Positions 1 to 12,700 of a DNA stretch of 64,000 nt are shown here, in pieces. Made by a program: the position numbers and the translations under genes. Each line of letters starts with the position of its first letter. Position 1 is the stretch's first letter. Origin of the DNA: Selaginella moellendorffii (Eukaryota; Plantae; Lycopodiophyta). Under the pieces are notes generated by a model. The model was not told the DNA's origin. It saw nothing but the letters and a program-made list of their open reading frames with translations, and made no database searches. The DNA lies in the NCBI RefSeq assembly GCF_000143415.4, contig NW_003314297.1, forward strand, positions 1-64,000, written 5' to 3'.

Positions 1-3000
1 TAACTTTGGTTAGATTCTCAATGGTGGTCCATTATGCTAAGCTTAAGTTAGTACTTTGTTTCCTGGAAGGTTTGCCTATGAAGTGTTGGAAAGGGTTATA
101 ACATTCACTTGTTATGGCTTGTTGATTCATTTGTTAGCACTTGGAGTAGATTGTTGGATGGAGAAGGTGTGAAATTAAGGCATTAACATTGCTAACGTTT
201 ATGTAATAAAAGTGGCATTGTAGTTTCAAGTGACAAGGAATTTTCTTTAGATCTTGAATTTTTATGTCATTTTTTTTATTAATGTTTTGGCTTCACATTG
301 GGTCTTGAAGGTGATTGAAGAAAAATATTAAGTGCAATGTGGATATCCAAAGATGTGGTCTTCATGATTAAACTTTAGATATTCATTTTGCATTTTGTGG
401 ATGTCGGTGTTAGATGTTGGAAATATGAGCAAAATGTTTAATGCTTAGATATATTGTTAGGTCATGAAAACCTATGTTGAGGTTAACCTATATGAAGTTG
501 TTAGTAGGAGGAAGTTGGTTGAGTCTTGAAAATTTGTATTCCTAGACTTATACTCATTTTTCTCTGGGATGGAAAATTTCCCATAAATTTACTTAGACTT
601 TTCCAATGACTGGTCTATTAATTATTTTGCTCGAAAACCATTCCATTTTCATGAGCCAATACAAACTAGTGAAAGGGTTAGAGTTGACTTCAGTTAGCTT
701 TGACATTAATATATAATTTGTGTGGCTAAGACAATTGAGTTGAATAGAGTCTGGAGTTGGTGTAAAAAATTGGCCGTTGTGCTTTTTTAGAAAGGTGACA
801 CTTGTGCTTTTCTTCTGTGGTATTATGCTTGGTGGCAGATTGCACTTTGCATTTCATTAAACTCTATGAGAGTAATGAGCTCTCATTGATCTTGATTTAA
901 TTTTGGTGGCCCTACGCTTTGGTTGAGTATAGTGATGTCCAGCTTAGTTGTTTGAGGCTAAGATGTTAGTACCTATACTATAGCTTTGTCTATGAGGAGG
1001 TTGTGTACCAATATGAGTTCATCTTATGGTTTCACTTTAGTTTCGACTAAGTGTTGATCATGCATAGCTAGCCTCTTCAAAGCATGCTTAAAACTGTTGG
1101 CTAAACGCATTAATGAGTTTATTATGGTTGAATTGGATTCGAGTAGTCATATAGTTCATGCTTATCCATGAACCTTTATCTCATATTTGGGGTATTATGT
1201 TCATACTAGACAAATATATAACTTAATGGCACAATTTTAGTGTTTGAGTCTTGTGAAGGCAAGTTGAATAGTGATTATTAGTTACTTTGCAACTAGTGAT
1301 TATGTGTAGACTTTGTTGAGGACTATTGATACTTGCTTCGCTCGATAATGATTTAATAGTGATGGACTTGCTTTACTGTATGGTGTTGTAGAGGATCATG
1401 AGCATATTGACTCTACTTTTATCAATATCATTTTGTTATATTTAGTCCGTGGTATTAGATTTCATTGACTCTTGGATGTGATGAATCACTCTTTGATGAT
1501 GTGTTATTTGTAGCTGAGTATTGTTGAAGAACTGATCTCGAATATTAAGTATAGTATCTTCAACTTTGGTTAGCTTAGTTGCTAAAGAGTTTTGAGTGGT
1601 GATTCACTCTTACTTTCTTTTAGCTTTATTCTGGTGTTAATAGCATTGAAGTGATGCTCTATTGTTGACATTATTGACATTGAGATTCGAGTGAGATGAG
1701 ATGTCTCTCTGTAAATTAATATTGAGTTTCATTAATCTCGATGCATATAATGTTAATGCTTGGGCTGTAGATTTATGTTATTGACATTCGTGCATTTGCT
1801 AGTTAGCAACTGTATTAACGTTCAAATAAACTGAGTGGCAAGTTGAGTTAGTTGTGTTCTAGATAAGATTGTTTAGTAAGGGTTGAGCTTTAAGTTTTCC
1901 TTGAAAAGTGATTTAATTGTGAACTATGCTAACTTTACAAGAGGAAGAGTTAGAAATTGATATCGGAATGTTTAAATCTTTATTGGATTTAAGTTGGGAT
2001 ATATCGATCATTGATGATTTCTTTTGTGCTTATTATAAAGTGAGTTACGTCTTAATATGAGTGGATTCATGGAAGATCGATTTAGTAGTCACTTGTTAAG
2101 CATAGCTTTGTTATGCTTGACTTTTGGATTGATGTAAAAATGCTCTTTATTATCCTTATATTATGAAGTTTAACTTATGGATGTGTTAAAGAGGATATTG
2201 TGGGTTGTACCATGATTTTTTCTTTAGCATTGAAGTTGGTTCATGTGAGATTCATGATCATTGTTAGGCAAAACTTGACTATATACTTTTTCGAAATTTT
2301 AGTTCTTTGAGTTTTATTCTCATTATTCCATTTGTTAGGAGTTGTTGGGGAAGGTATTTGGCTCATTAATTTTGATATTGAAGTTAGTATTTGCATTTGG
2401 TAATCATTAGTGATGATTGACTGTCATCTAGAATAGTTGATTATCCTTATCAAAGATTTTGCTAGATTATTATTGGTGTTGAATGATTTGTCATTCTTCA
2501 TGATGGTAAATTGTTTCTTTAATAATGATTATGCATCTCTCTATTGATGAGATGATTGATGATCTTTCATGATAATTAGTTATTCTCTTTGATAGTTTAT
2601 AGTTTTTTGTATTACAACATGTTTTTTGTGGTTTGCTTTGTATTGGTCTCTTGGGTTTGAGATATCCCTAGAATATTGCTAATGCTTGGTGTTGATCAGA
2701 ATTTATTTAGGTTGACTAATGTGATAGTTAGCATGAACGAGTGTTTGTTAGTCTTACCATATTTATTCTGTTCTGTTGATTGTTGCTTGAGTTAGCTTTG
2801 ATAGATTAAAATATTATTTCCTTTAGGTGATACATTTGTGAGTATTTTTCTTATCTATTAGTGATACTTTGTGTTCTTTAAAATTGTCTTTCATAAATTG
2901 TTTAACATACTATCTACAATATTTGATAGTTAAGTTTTATATTAAATTTTCTTGATGATACACTAGCTATTGAATATTATTAAATGGTTAATCTTATGCT

Positions 3001-3580
3001 TTCCAACTATAGTGATCTTGGTAGTTACTTCCTATAATTCTTGTTTATCAGATAATAACTTACTTGGAATACTTTGTATTGTAATCTAAGATTTAATCAC
3101 TGATAATTAAACCTCTAAGATATCATTGTCTTTGACTTTGATATTGTTCATCTATTGATCTTTAGGTTTGGGCCAGTATAGGCAAACTGGCTTCCGCACT
3201 TCGTGTGTATAGTGAAATCTTTAGTTATGGGGTAGCTATTGTCGACTGGTCATATCATCCGTCTCTCTGTCAATGTTCCTTATTCCATTAAAAGGGCATG
3301 ACCTTGTAAACAACTCTAACTGCCTGTTTATAGTAGTTTATTTAAAACTTATCGAAGGGTTTAGTTTCTTTGCTCATGAGGGTTGGGGCCTTTAACTTCT
3401 TTCTTTATGTCCCTACGGGCAAGGGCATATCACACTTTTGTAAGCTAGGTGATACCCAAAGCAGCAAGGGTGGCTAACTCTATTGGTCATTTCCTTATCA
3501 GTGACAACCAAAATGTGTTTGAGTTAGTAATGCATCCGTGTTAGACGAAAAAATTACCTTAACTCATTTAAGTTAGTACA

Positions 3581-3955
3581 TGTCAGGAATCCCCCAATTC
3601 TTGCTACATTCCTGACTCTCACCAGATTCCTGACCTGCAGACCACATTCCTGACTCTCGAGACATTTCCCTATTCCTGACTCTCGAGACACTTCCCTATT
3701 CCTGACTCTCTGATTCCTGAGTCTCGAGCCACATTTCTGATGATGAGGTGGTGCCTCCTCGACCTCAGCTATATTTAGGCCGTCCTCAATCCAAGAGTGG
3801 TGGAACTTTATCAACCTACAGTATATATAGGTTAGCTTTGTTCCATTTCTCCACAATCTGAATCAACACCAATCTAAGGCTTCTTTTTTCTTTCCATTAG
3901 CTTTTCTCTTTGTCTTTTACATTTTCCAGTCTTGATCTTGTTGGGGGTCTTGACA
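3581..3955 (+). repeat. 5' LTR (375 bp) of the nested element
   Basis: TGTCA...TGACA ends, internal ATTCCTGACTCT repeats, TATATATA at 3822-3829; matches 7130-7440. Confidence 0.92.
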
Positions 3956-4049
3956 GTTTGATTCAGATTATGTTTTTTACTTTTTCTTTAGCTTGTTTCG
4001 ATTGTTTGATTGCTTTTGTCTTTTTTCCCCTTTTTCTTTCTTCTTGCCA

Positions 4050-5021
4050 ATGGAGTCTCCAAGCCATCCTAATTTCTTTGCCGAAGTCCTTGCAAAAATC
4101 CAGTCTGAGAATACCGAGCTAAAGGCGACCCTTCTTCGCATGCAGCAGGGGCTTGCTTCACTTTCAGCTCAAGGATCCAGCAAAGTTCCTGAACCGAAGG
4201 TGAGTTTCCCGGCGAAATTTTCAGGCAAGCGTTCGGAGCTTCGCGGATTTCTAAACCAGATGGAGCTGATCTTTGCACTTCAACATCGGCGGTACCCCAC
4301 TCCTGAGTCTCAAATCGGTGCGATTGGGATGTTGCTCGAAGGTGCAACTTTGTCATGGTTTTCTCCTCTTGTGGAGAAGAGCATGAAAGGGGTCGTGGTT
4401 CTGGAGCTGATGGATTTTCAATTGTTCAAAGAGAAGCTCGAAGCATGTTTTGGCGAGACAGATCGGGTTCGGGCTGCTACCACAAAAATGAGATGTCTCT
4501 CTCAGGGGTCTCGTCCTACCTCGATCTATGCTGCAGAGTTCCAACTCCTTGCCTTGGACACTCAATGGGATGAGCGGGCCCTGATTGACTAATTTCGTTT
4601 CGGCCTCAACAACGGTGTCAAGGATTTGTTGCTCACCATGGAGGATCCCAAAGACCTATCAGACGCCATCAACAAAGCTGTTTGATGTGACAATCGTCTC
4701 TTTGAACGTCGTCAGGAAAGTCGCCGTGCCGCTGTTTTTCCGTCCCAAACTCAGGAATCCCAGCTCGAGTCTTCGGGGCATACTCCTGAACCTACTGCTC
4801 CGGTCCCGATGGATATTTCTGGTACTCCCCGACTCATTAGAGGGAAGTTGAGTCTTGCTGAGAAGCAATGTCGAATATCTCATAATCTTTGCCTCTACTG
4901 TGCTGATCCTAATCACAAAGCAGCTGTGTGTCCCAAAAAGCCTCCCCGACTGCTCGAGTTCACTCTGCCTCAAAATCCACCTCTGTTGCAGTCGGGAAAC
5001 GACCCTGTCAAAATACAGTAG
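4050..5021 (+). pseudogene. gag: gag with CCHC zinc knuckle, premature stops
   Basis: MESPSH..., PAKFSGKRSELRGFLNQ, QGSRPTSIYAAEF, CLYCADPNHKAAVC. In-frame stops near 4590 (TAA) and 4683 (TGA). Confidence 0.88.
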
Positions 5022-7129
5022 GAGCTATCTGTTTGGACTCCCCGAATAAAAATCACTTTTCTTCTTTATCAAGCTCCTCACCACCTTTCATCAAAGCCAC
5101 CACCAATTCCCGCAACTTTTGCGTCCCATGTCTCATTTCTTTCACCAGACAATCAGGACTCAAGGCTCTAGCGCTACTGGACTCGAGTGCAACTTCCTGC
5201 TTCATGGATATGGACTTTGCTGCCCGACATCACATTCCTCTTTCTCCAACCATATGGGATCTAAGGGTTGAAGGCATCGGCGGGCATTTTGTGTCTCCAT
5301 CTTCTGGACTTAGGGAAACGTTGCCCGTTCGAGTATACATCGGGTCCACCGTCACTAATATCGCTTTCAACATCATCAACAACAAGTCCTCCTCTGTGGT
5401 GCTCGGTCTTCCTTGGTTCCAACTACATCGGCCTTAAATCTGTTGGAAGGAATTACAGCTCATCTCTCCCACATCACCATCTCCCACGGCTTCCCCTGCT
5501 GTTCATCGAGTCCGAATCAGGAAAAGTTCCCTAAACTCAAATTAGGGTTCTGTTCCTGACTTTACGAAGTTTTCACCCTCTTCTTTTTCCTCTCTTCCAT
5601 CTTACACTGGATAGTATCCTCATCTCATCATTCCATTTAGTCCTACACCTCCTTCTATCTCCACAATCACTATGAAAGAACTCCTTCATGAAGAATTTAT
5701 TTTCCTTTTTGCTTTGCATGTTTCTCCTGTCAGTCTTCCTGAGAAGTATCATGATTTTGGGGATGTGTTTGACAAGAAAAAAGCTAGTGTATTGCCTGTT
5801 CATCGGCCTTATGACTGTCCCATTGATTTACAGGAAGGAGCGTCACCTCCGTGGGGGCCTATCTACGGGTTATCCCCGTTCGAGCTTAAGGCCCTCAAAG
5901 AGTACGTGGATGAGAACCTTGCCTCGGGGTACATTCAGCATTCGCAGTCCCCGGCTGGAGCACCTATCTTCTTTGTCAAGAAGAGGGAGTTTGCGGCTAG
6001 TCATCGACTACCGAGGTTTGAACAAGGTGACTGTTTGGAACCGTTATCCGCTACCCCTGATCTCGGACCTATTGGAACGCCTCGGCGGTGCCCGCTTCTT
6101 CACCAAGATTGACCTCCGTGGAGCATACAACCTGATCCGGATCCGGCCTGGTGATGAATGGAAGATTGCGTTCCGAACCCGCTATGGCCACTTCGAATAC
6201 ACTATCATGCCATTTGGCTTGACAAATGCTCCAGCAGTTTTCCAACATATGGCGAACAACGTCTTTCGGGAGTTTCTTGATCAGATGGTGATCGTCTACC
6301 TCGATGACATCCTCATCTACTCAAAAACTCAGGAGGAGCACGACGAACATGTACGCAAGGTGCTGGCGAAGCTGCGAGAACACGGCCTATACGCGAAGCT
6401 TGAGAAATGTTTTTTCGATCAGCAGTCTATGGAGTTCCTTGGATACATTGTCACTTCTGAGGGTATCACGATGGATCCTGCCAAAGTCAAGACTATTCTC
6501 GAATGGGAGTCTCCACAATCAATGTCGGACGTTCAGGTTTTCCTTGGCTTCGCCAACTTCTACCGCAAATTCATTGATTACTACTCTGACATTGTCCTTC
6601 CTCTCACGCATCTCACTCGCAAGGATGTTCCCTTCTCTTGGTCTGCTGCTACCCAGCAGGCCTTCGACACACTCAAGGTGGCCTTCAGTTCTGCTCCCGT
6701 CTTGATCCATGCTGATTCCTCACAACCTTTCTTCATCGAGGCTGACGCCTCCGACTTTGCCATCGGTGTTGTGCTGTCTCAACTCGGAGTGGATCAAGAA
6801 CTTCATCCGGTCGCTTTCCATTCTCGGAAATTCTAGCCTGCGGAGATCAATTACGAAATCCACGACAAGGAGCTCCTTGCCATCATGGATTCCTTTGGAG
6901 AGTGGCACCGTTTCTTGGAAGGGGCGGGCCATCAAACAACAGTCTGGACGGATCACAAAAATCTCGAGTACTTTGCCACTTTCCGAGTTTTAAGCCGTCG
7001 TCAAGCAAGGTGGGCACAATTCCTAAGTCGGTTTGACTTTGTTATCAAGTACAGACTTGGAAAGCTTCAAGGCCTTCCTAATGCTCTTTCAAGGCGCTCC
7101 TATCTCAATCTCAGGCCTAGTAATCCTGC
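4994..7129 (+). pseudogene. pol: pol (protease-RT-RNase H), frameshifted and with stops, no integrase
   Basis: ALLDSSATSCF (protease DSG degenerated), SPAGAPIFFVKK, LRLVIDYRGLN, MPFGLTNAPAVFQ, YLDD, EADASDFAIG, DHKNL, ALSRR. Stops at 5435 and 6834; frameshift near 5985. Confidence 0.92.
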
Positions 7130-7440
7130 CATTCCTGACTCTCGAGACATTTCCCTATTCCTGACTCTGGAGACACTTCCCTATTCCCGACTCTCTGATT
7201 CCTGAGTCTTGAGCCACATTCCTGATGATGATGTGGTGCCTCCTCGACCTCAGCTATATTTAGGCCGTCCTCGATCCAAGAGTGGTGGAGCTTCATCAAC
7301 CTATAGTATATATAGGTTAGCTTTGTTCCATTTCTCCACAATCTGAATCAACACCAATCTAAGGCTTTTTTTTTCTTTCCACTAACTTTTCTCTTTGTCT
7401 TTTGCATTTTCCAATCTTGATCTTGTTGGGGGTCTTGACA
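7130..7440 (+). repeat. 5'-truncated 3' LTR of the nested element
   Basis: Matches 3645-3955. The first ~64 nt of the LTR, the PPT and the integrase are missing; the RNase H end abuts LTR sequence. Confidence 0.9.
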
Positions 7441-8557
7441 GTACATTTCTCACATAGTGTGATCACAGTGAACTTTTAATAGAGTTGTTTCTTTGGCGGT
7501 AGTCTAAATTAGAGTATGCATCGATGAGGATATCGATCTTCCTTAAAGGGGGAAGAGTGTCGCAAATGTGACTTTGGGTATCAAAAATTAACTGTCAGCT
7601 AGTCTACCACAATAGCAAAAGGTCGGTATTGTTGAACTCTTTATCAATCCCTCTTGTGGTAGTGGAGTTAATTGGGCATTTCAAGTGTGCTTAGATCGGA
7701 CGAACATAAGGACGGAATTCCTACGTGCTATTAACTAAGCATACTTAGTCTGGTAAGAAGTACTATTTAGTGACAAAAACCCTCATATATTGAGATTAGT
7801 CCTTCAATATCATTGGATGATAGCTTACCGTATCTACCAAACACCCTCGCTATTATACCCTTTGTGTTAATCTCATTCCGGTACCAAATGTTTATTTATG
7901 GAAAGTGTCTAGATTTACAAATTTGGCATATCTATGTTTTGAATACAATGGTGTTCGTCCCGTATCCAAATTCACAATATAAGTACATTCTATATTTAAT
8001 AAGTTTTGAGTTTATCTTAGAGACTAATTCCTAGTACTAAAGGTGGCTAAAGGTGAATGCCCAAAGGGTGTGTTCCTCCGAAGGGGGGGCATTGTAGGGG
8101 GTTCCAAATGTATAGTAAGGATAGTGGGTAGGTTAGGTATAGTCGACCAACATAAAGCATAATGCAACTCTTATTTGTATGCCTGTCCTTGTTTTGTGTT
8201 CGACTTAGATCTAAGCCCAAGTTCCATATCATCTTAGTTGGTGGAGTATCTATATCCTCACATTAGGCCAATAGTATGTTAAATAGCACTAGACTCTATT
8301 TAACTTTGTTTTGCATGATGGTCCTAGCATTGGGATGCTAGATGCTCTATGATTGTTCCAAGTCATTCCGTGCTTTTATCCCTTCGCTCCTTGGGCTGAA
8401 TACTTAAGAGTCACTCCATACTCCAATTCCTTCACTCCTTAACTCCATGCTTAGGAGTTTGGCTTCGTTCCTTCATTCAATGGCCCAAAGCCCTAAAACT
8501 CGGGTTCTGCACCACTGTCCTTTAAACACGTGGCATGTGGTAGGTGATATATGACAT

Positions 8558-9722
8558 TGTCGCGCATGTGAAGTGTCGCGCATGTGACTTCGGGTATCGA
8601 AAGTTACCTGTCGACTAGTCCTTACGGACACTCTTACCTTACTACCACGATGGCAGGAGGTCGGTATTGCTGGACCCTTTATCAGTCCCTCTTGTGCTAG
8701 TGGAGTTAACTAGGCATTTCGAGTGTACTTAGACCGGACGAGCATAAGGACGGAATTCCTACGTGTTATTAGCTAAGCATACTTAACCCGGTAAGGAGTT
8801 CCCGTCTCGTTTTGTCTTGCACTTGCTAGTGACAAGAACCCTCGCGTATTGAGATTAGTCCCTCAATATCGCTACATGATAGCTTACCGTGTCTGCCAAA
8901 CACCCTCGCTATCATGCCCTTTGTGTTAGTCTCATTTCGGTCCCAAATGCTATTTATGGAAAGTGTCCAGATTTGCTCATTTGGCATATCTACGGAATGT
9001 AGAGATCGTCCTGAACACAATGGTGTTCGTCCTGTGTCCAAATTCGCAATCTAGGGACATTCCATATTTAGTAAGTTTCGAGCTTGTCCCAGAGACTAAC
9101 TCCTGATACTAAGGGAGGCTTGGGGTGAAAGCCCAAAGCGTGTGTTCCTCAAGGGGGGGGGGGGGCTGTGGGGGGTTCCAAATGTATAGTAGGGATAGTG
9201 GGTAGGTCGGGCATGGCCGACCAATCTGAGGCATAGTCTAGCTCCCGCTTGCGTGCCTGTCCTTGTTCTGCGTCCGGCTTGGGTCTAAGCCCAAGTTCCA
9301 TTCCATGCTAGTTGGTGGAGTACCCATGTCCTCGCGTTAGGCCACCGGTATGCCAAAATAGTGCCAGACTCCGTTTGGCTCCGTTTTGCTTGCTGGTCCT
9401 AGCATTGGGATGCCGGTTACTCTAGGACTGTTCCAAGTCGCTCCGGGCCCCTGTCCCTTCGCTCCTTGGGCTTTATGCACGGGAGTTGCTCCGTGGTTCG
9501 GTTCCATCACTCCTTGGCTCCATGCTTAGGAGTTTGGCACTGTTCCTTCGTTCAGAGGCCCAAGGCCCTGAACCTTAGGTTCCTATGGACACGTGGCATG
9601 GACACGTGGCATGTGACATGTGGCATCTGTCACGTGGCACAAAGAGGGTTTAGGTTTCGCTTCGTGGTGTTATCCTATGGTAAATCACCATAGGATAAAG
9701 GGTCAAAACCACGTGCGCTACA
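8558..9722 (+). repeat. 5' LTR (1165 bp)
   Basis: TGTCGCG...GCTACA; direct repeat of 14709-15861 with about 15-20 mostly transition differences (by eye) and one 12-bp indel. Confidence 0.93.
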
Positions 9723-9724
9723 TT

Positions 9725-9735
9725 TGGTATCAGAG
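9725..9735 (+). other. Primer binding site, tRNA-iMet type
   Basis: TGGTATCAGAG 2 nt after the LTR end, complementary to the 3' end of canonical plant tRNA-iMet. Confidence 0.88.
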
Positions 9736-12700
9736 GATGAGTCTCAGCGAGTACTATTCAATAAGATTGGGCAACTAGTCTCGTTGCATACGCAGAGATG
9801 AAAACGATGATCCGAGTGGGTACACGTTTGGATGCAAAGGCTTCGCAATTGTCCCTTGGGTATGGTTTTTATTACCTTTTTGTACCATATTCTGTGAGCT
9901 TGAGCTTGGGCTCACAAGAGGGATTGAGTTATTCCGTTCACACGAGTTTGAGCTTGGACTCGTGAGTAAGGCACATTAGCAACTCAAGATTACACTTTGA
10001 GTTGGCAGGATTAATGTTAGCTTATTGTTGGTTTCATGAGTTGTTCCATGTACCGTGGGTAAAAGCAAACCTTCCCTGAGTTTGCTATGAGTGGCAAACA
10101 GGCTGGTCCGTAGCTGTTTAGCACGGCACTAGTGGATCCTTCCTAGGCATGATTACAAGTGGATCAAACAAGACTGTAGGGATTAGTCTATTGATTCAGG
10201 TAATCATTGCCATGCTCTCTCATAAACTTTTCTTGGATTGGACTGAAGGCAATGCGAAAGCAAGCTTGAGGTTTGGTCAAAGATGAGAACGAAAAGAGAG
10301 TCATCGGGGACGAAGGATCAAATACGTAAATCATTTTCTCTTCTTGGAAAAATGATTTGCAACGAGGTGTTGACTCATTGCTCGTGTTCATATTATGCAA
10401 TCAAGATTCTTTACCTTGATGCATCTTGGAGATGATGGTCTTACAAATGGTGAGTTATGGGATGGATAGTGGTGAAACACTATACCATTTTGTCTAGGCT
10501 TGCTATTGGAAGACTTGGGTTGCAATGTTCAATTCTTTTCCGGAGAACCTTGCTATTGCTCCTTGAATAGCTTGGTGTTGGATTAGTTTTGAGTTTGGTC
10601 GGAAAGAGAGTGGCATGAGCTTGTCCGTGTTGTGAACAAAAGTTAGTGGTGTTAGGTGTTGTAAATCTCTATTGATAGGGTGTGGCATTTATGTTGTATT
10701 TTGTCAAATTGAGTTGACACTTGATATTCATATAAACCTTTGTAGTAGTGACATTGGCATTGCTCATAGTGTTGCTTGATTGATGATCAAGTCATTGTAA
10801 TTTCTATATCATATCCATGTGATAATGAGCAATGTGTTTACGAAGTTGCTTGGTTAAACGATGATCAACCCCAAAGTGGTTGATGGTGAGGCTAGTCTAC
10901 TTGCACGAAGTAGCATTGTAGTAGCTTTGACTGGATTCTCGATAATGGTCCATTATGCTAAGCTTAAGTTGGTTCCTTGTTTCCTTGAGTTAGCCCACTA
11001 AGGTGTTAGAAAAGGGTTGTAGCATTCACTTGCTATAGTTTGTTGGTTTATCCATTAATACTTGGAGTAGATTGTTGGATGGAGAAGATGTGTAGTTGGG
11101 GCATTGACATCACTAGCACTTGTGTTAGTGGAAGTGGCATTGTTACTTCGAGTGATGAGGAATTTTCCTTAGAGCTTGATTTTCCATGTCATTTTTTCTT
11201 GTTAGTGTTTTAGTTTCACATTGGATCTTGAAGGTGGTTGAAGAAGAGTGTTAGTGCAATGTGAATATCCGAAGATATGGTCTCTATGATCAAACTTTAG
11301 ATGTTCATTTTGCATTCTGCGGACGTCGGTGTTGGATGTTGAAAGAATGGGCAAAAAGATGTTCGAGGCTTAAACATAATATGGGTCATGAGAATTTGTG
11401 TTGAAGTGAGCCTATGTGAAGTTGTTAAGTAGGAGGAAGTTGGTTGAGTCTTGAAAATTTGCATTCCTGGACTGAGAGTCATTCTTTCTTTAGGATGGAA
11501 AATTTTCCACAAATTTTCTTAGACTTTTCCAATGGCTGATCTGTTATCACTTTGCTCGAAAACCATTCCGTTTTCGAAAGCCAATACAAACTAGTGAAGG
11601 GGTTAGAGCTGACTTCGGTTAGCTTAGACCTTAGTAGATAGTTTGTATGATGCGGCCCGAAAGGGATGCTAACTTTTGGGGCTAAGGCAATTGAGTTGGA
11701 TAGAGTCTGGAGTTGGTGTAGAAAAGTGGCCGTTGCACTTTTCTAAGAAGGGTGACCCTTGTGCCTTTCTTTTGTAGCGTTATGCTTGGTGGCAAGTTGC
11801 ACCTTGCATTTCGTTAGACTCTATGAGAGTAGTGAGCTCTCACTGATCTTGACTTAGTCTTGGTGGCCCTGCGCCTTGGCTAAGGATAGTGATGTTCAAC
11901 TTAGTTGTTTGAGTTTGAGATGTTAGTACCCATAATATAGTTTTGTCCAAGTGGAGGTTGTGTACCGATATGAGTCCATCATATGGTTTTCACTTTAGTT
12001 TTGACTAAGTGTTGATCATGCATAGCTAGCCTCTTCAAGGCATGCTCAGAGCTAGTGGCTAAATGCATTGGTGAGCTTATCGCGGTTGAGTTGGATTCGA
12101 ATGGTCATTTAGTTTGTGCTTGTCTATGAACCTTTATTTTGTCCATGAGGTATTATGTTCATGTTGGACAAGTATATGACTCGATGGCAAGAGTTTAGTG
12201 TTTGGGTCTTGTGAAGGCAAGTTGAAGAGTGATTGTTGGTTGCTTTGCAATTAGTGATTGCTTGTAGACTTTGTCAAGGACTGTTGATACTTGCTTCACT
12301 CGATGAAGAATTAGCAGTGATGGGCTTGCTTTACCGGATGGTGTTGCGGAAGATCGTGTTATTAGACTCGCATGGGTTTTCCATGTTGACATAATGACTA
12401 TACCTCTATCGATATCATTTGGTTGCATTTAGTTCGTAGTGTTGGATTTCATTGAGTCTTGGACGTGGTGAATCACTCCTTAAGGAAGTGTTATCTGTAC
12501 CTGAGTAATGTTGAAGGATTGGTCTTGGATACTAAGTATAGTATCTTTGACTTTGGTTAGCTTAGTTGCTAAAGAGTTTTGAGTGGTGATTCACTCTTGC
12601 TTTCTTCTAGCTTTGTTATGGTGTTGATGGCATTGAAGTGATGCCTTGTCATTGATATTATTGATGTTGGGATTCAAATGAGATGAGATATCTATCCTTA

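Larger units (their letters stand above)
3581..7440 (+). mobile_element. Nested Ty3/gypsy element of Tf1/sushi/Tcn1 type, integrase region deleted
   Basis: Termini TGTCA...TGACA; 5-bp TSD GTACA at 3576-3580 and 7441-7445; the empty site is visible in the paralogous copy (GGTGCATTTCTCACATAG near 14591). Domain order gag-CCHC, protease, RT, RNase H. Confidence 0.93.

Noticed and set aside
3601-3730. Short spaced repeats (ATTCCTGACTCT) resembling a CRISPR array
   Set aside because: Irregular spacing, located inside an LTR, no cas genes, eukaryotic context.
10238-10251. TTGGACTGAAGG, matching the start of miR319
   Set aside because: Only 12 nt, no visible hairpin partner, inside a decayed retroelement.
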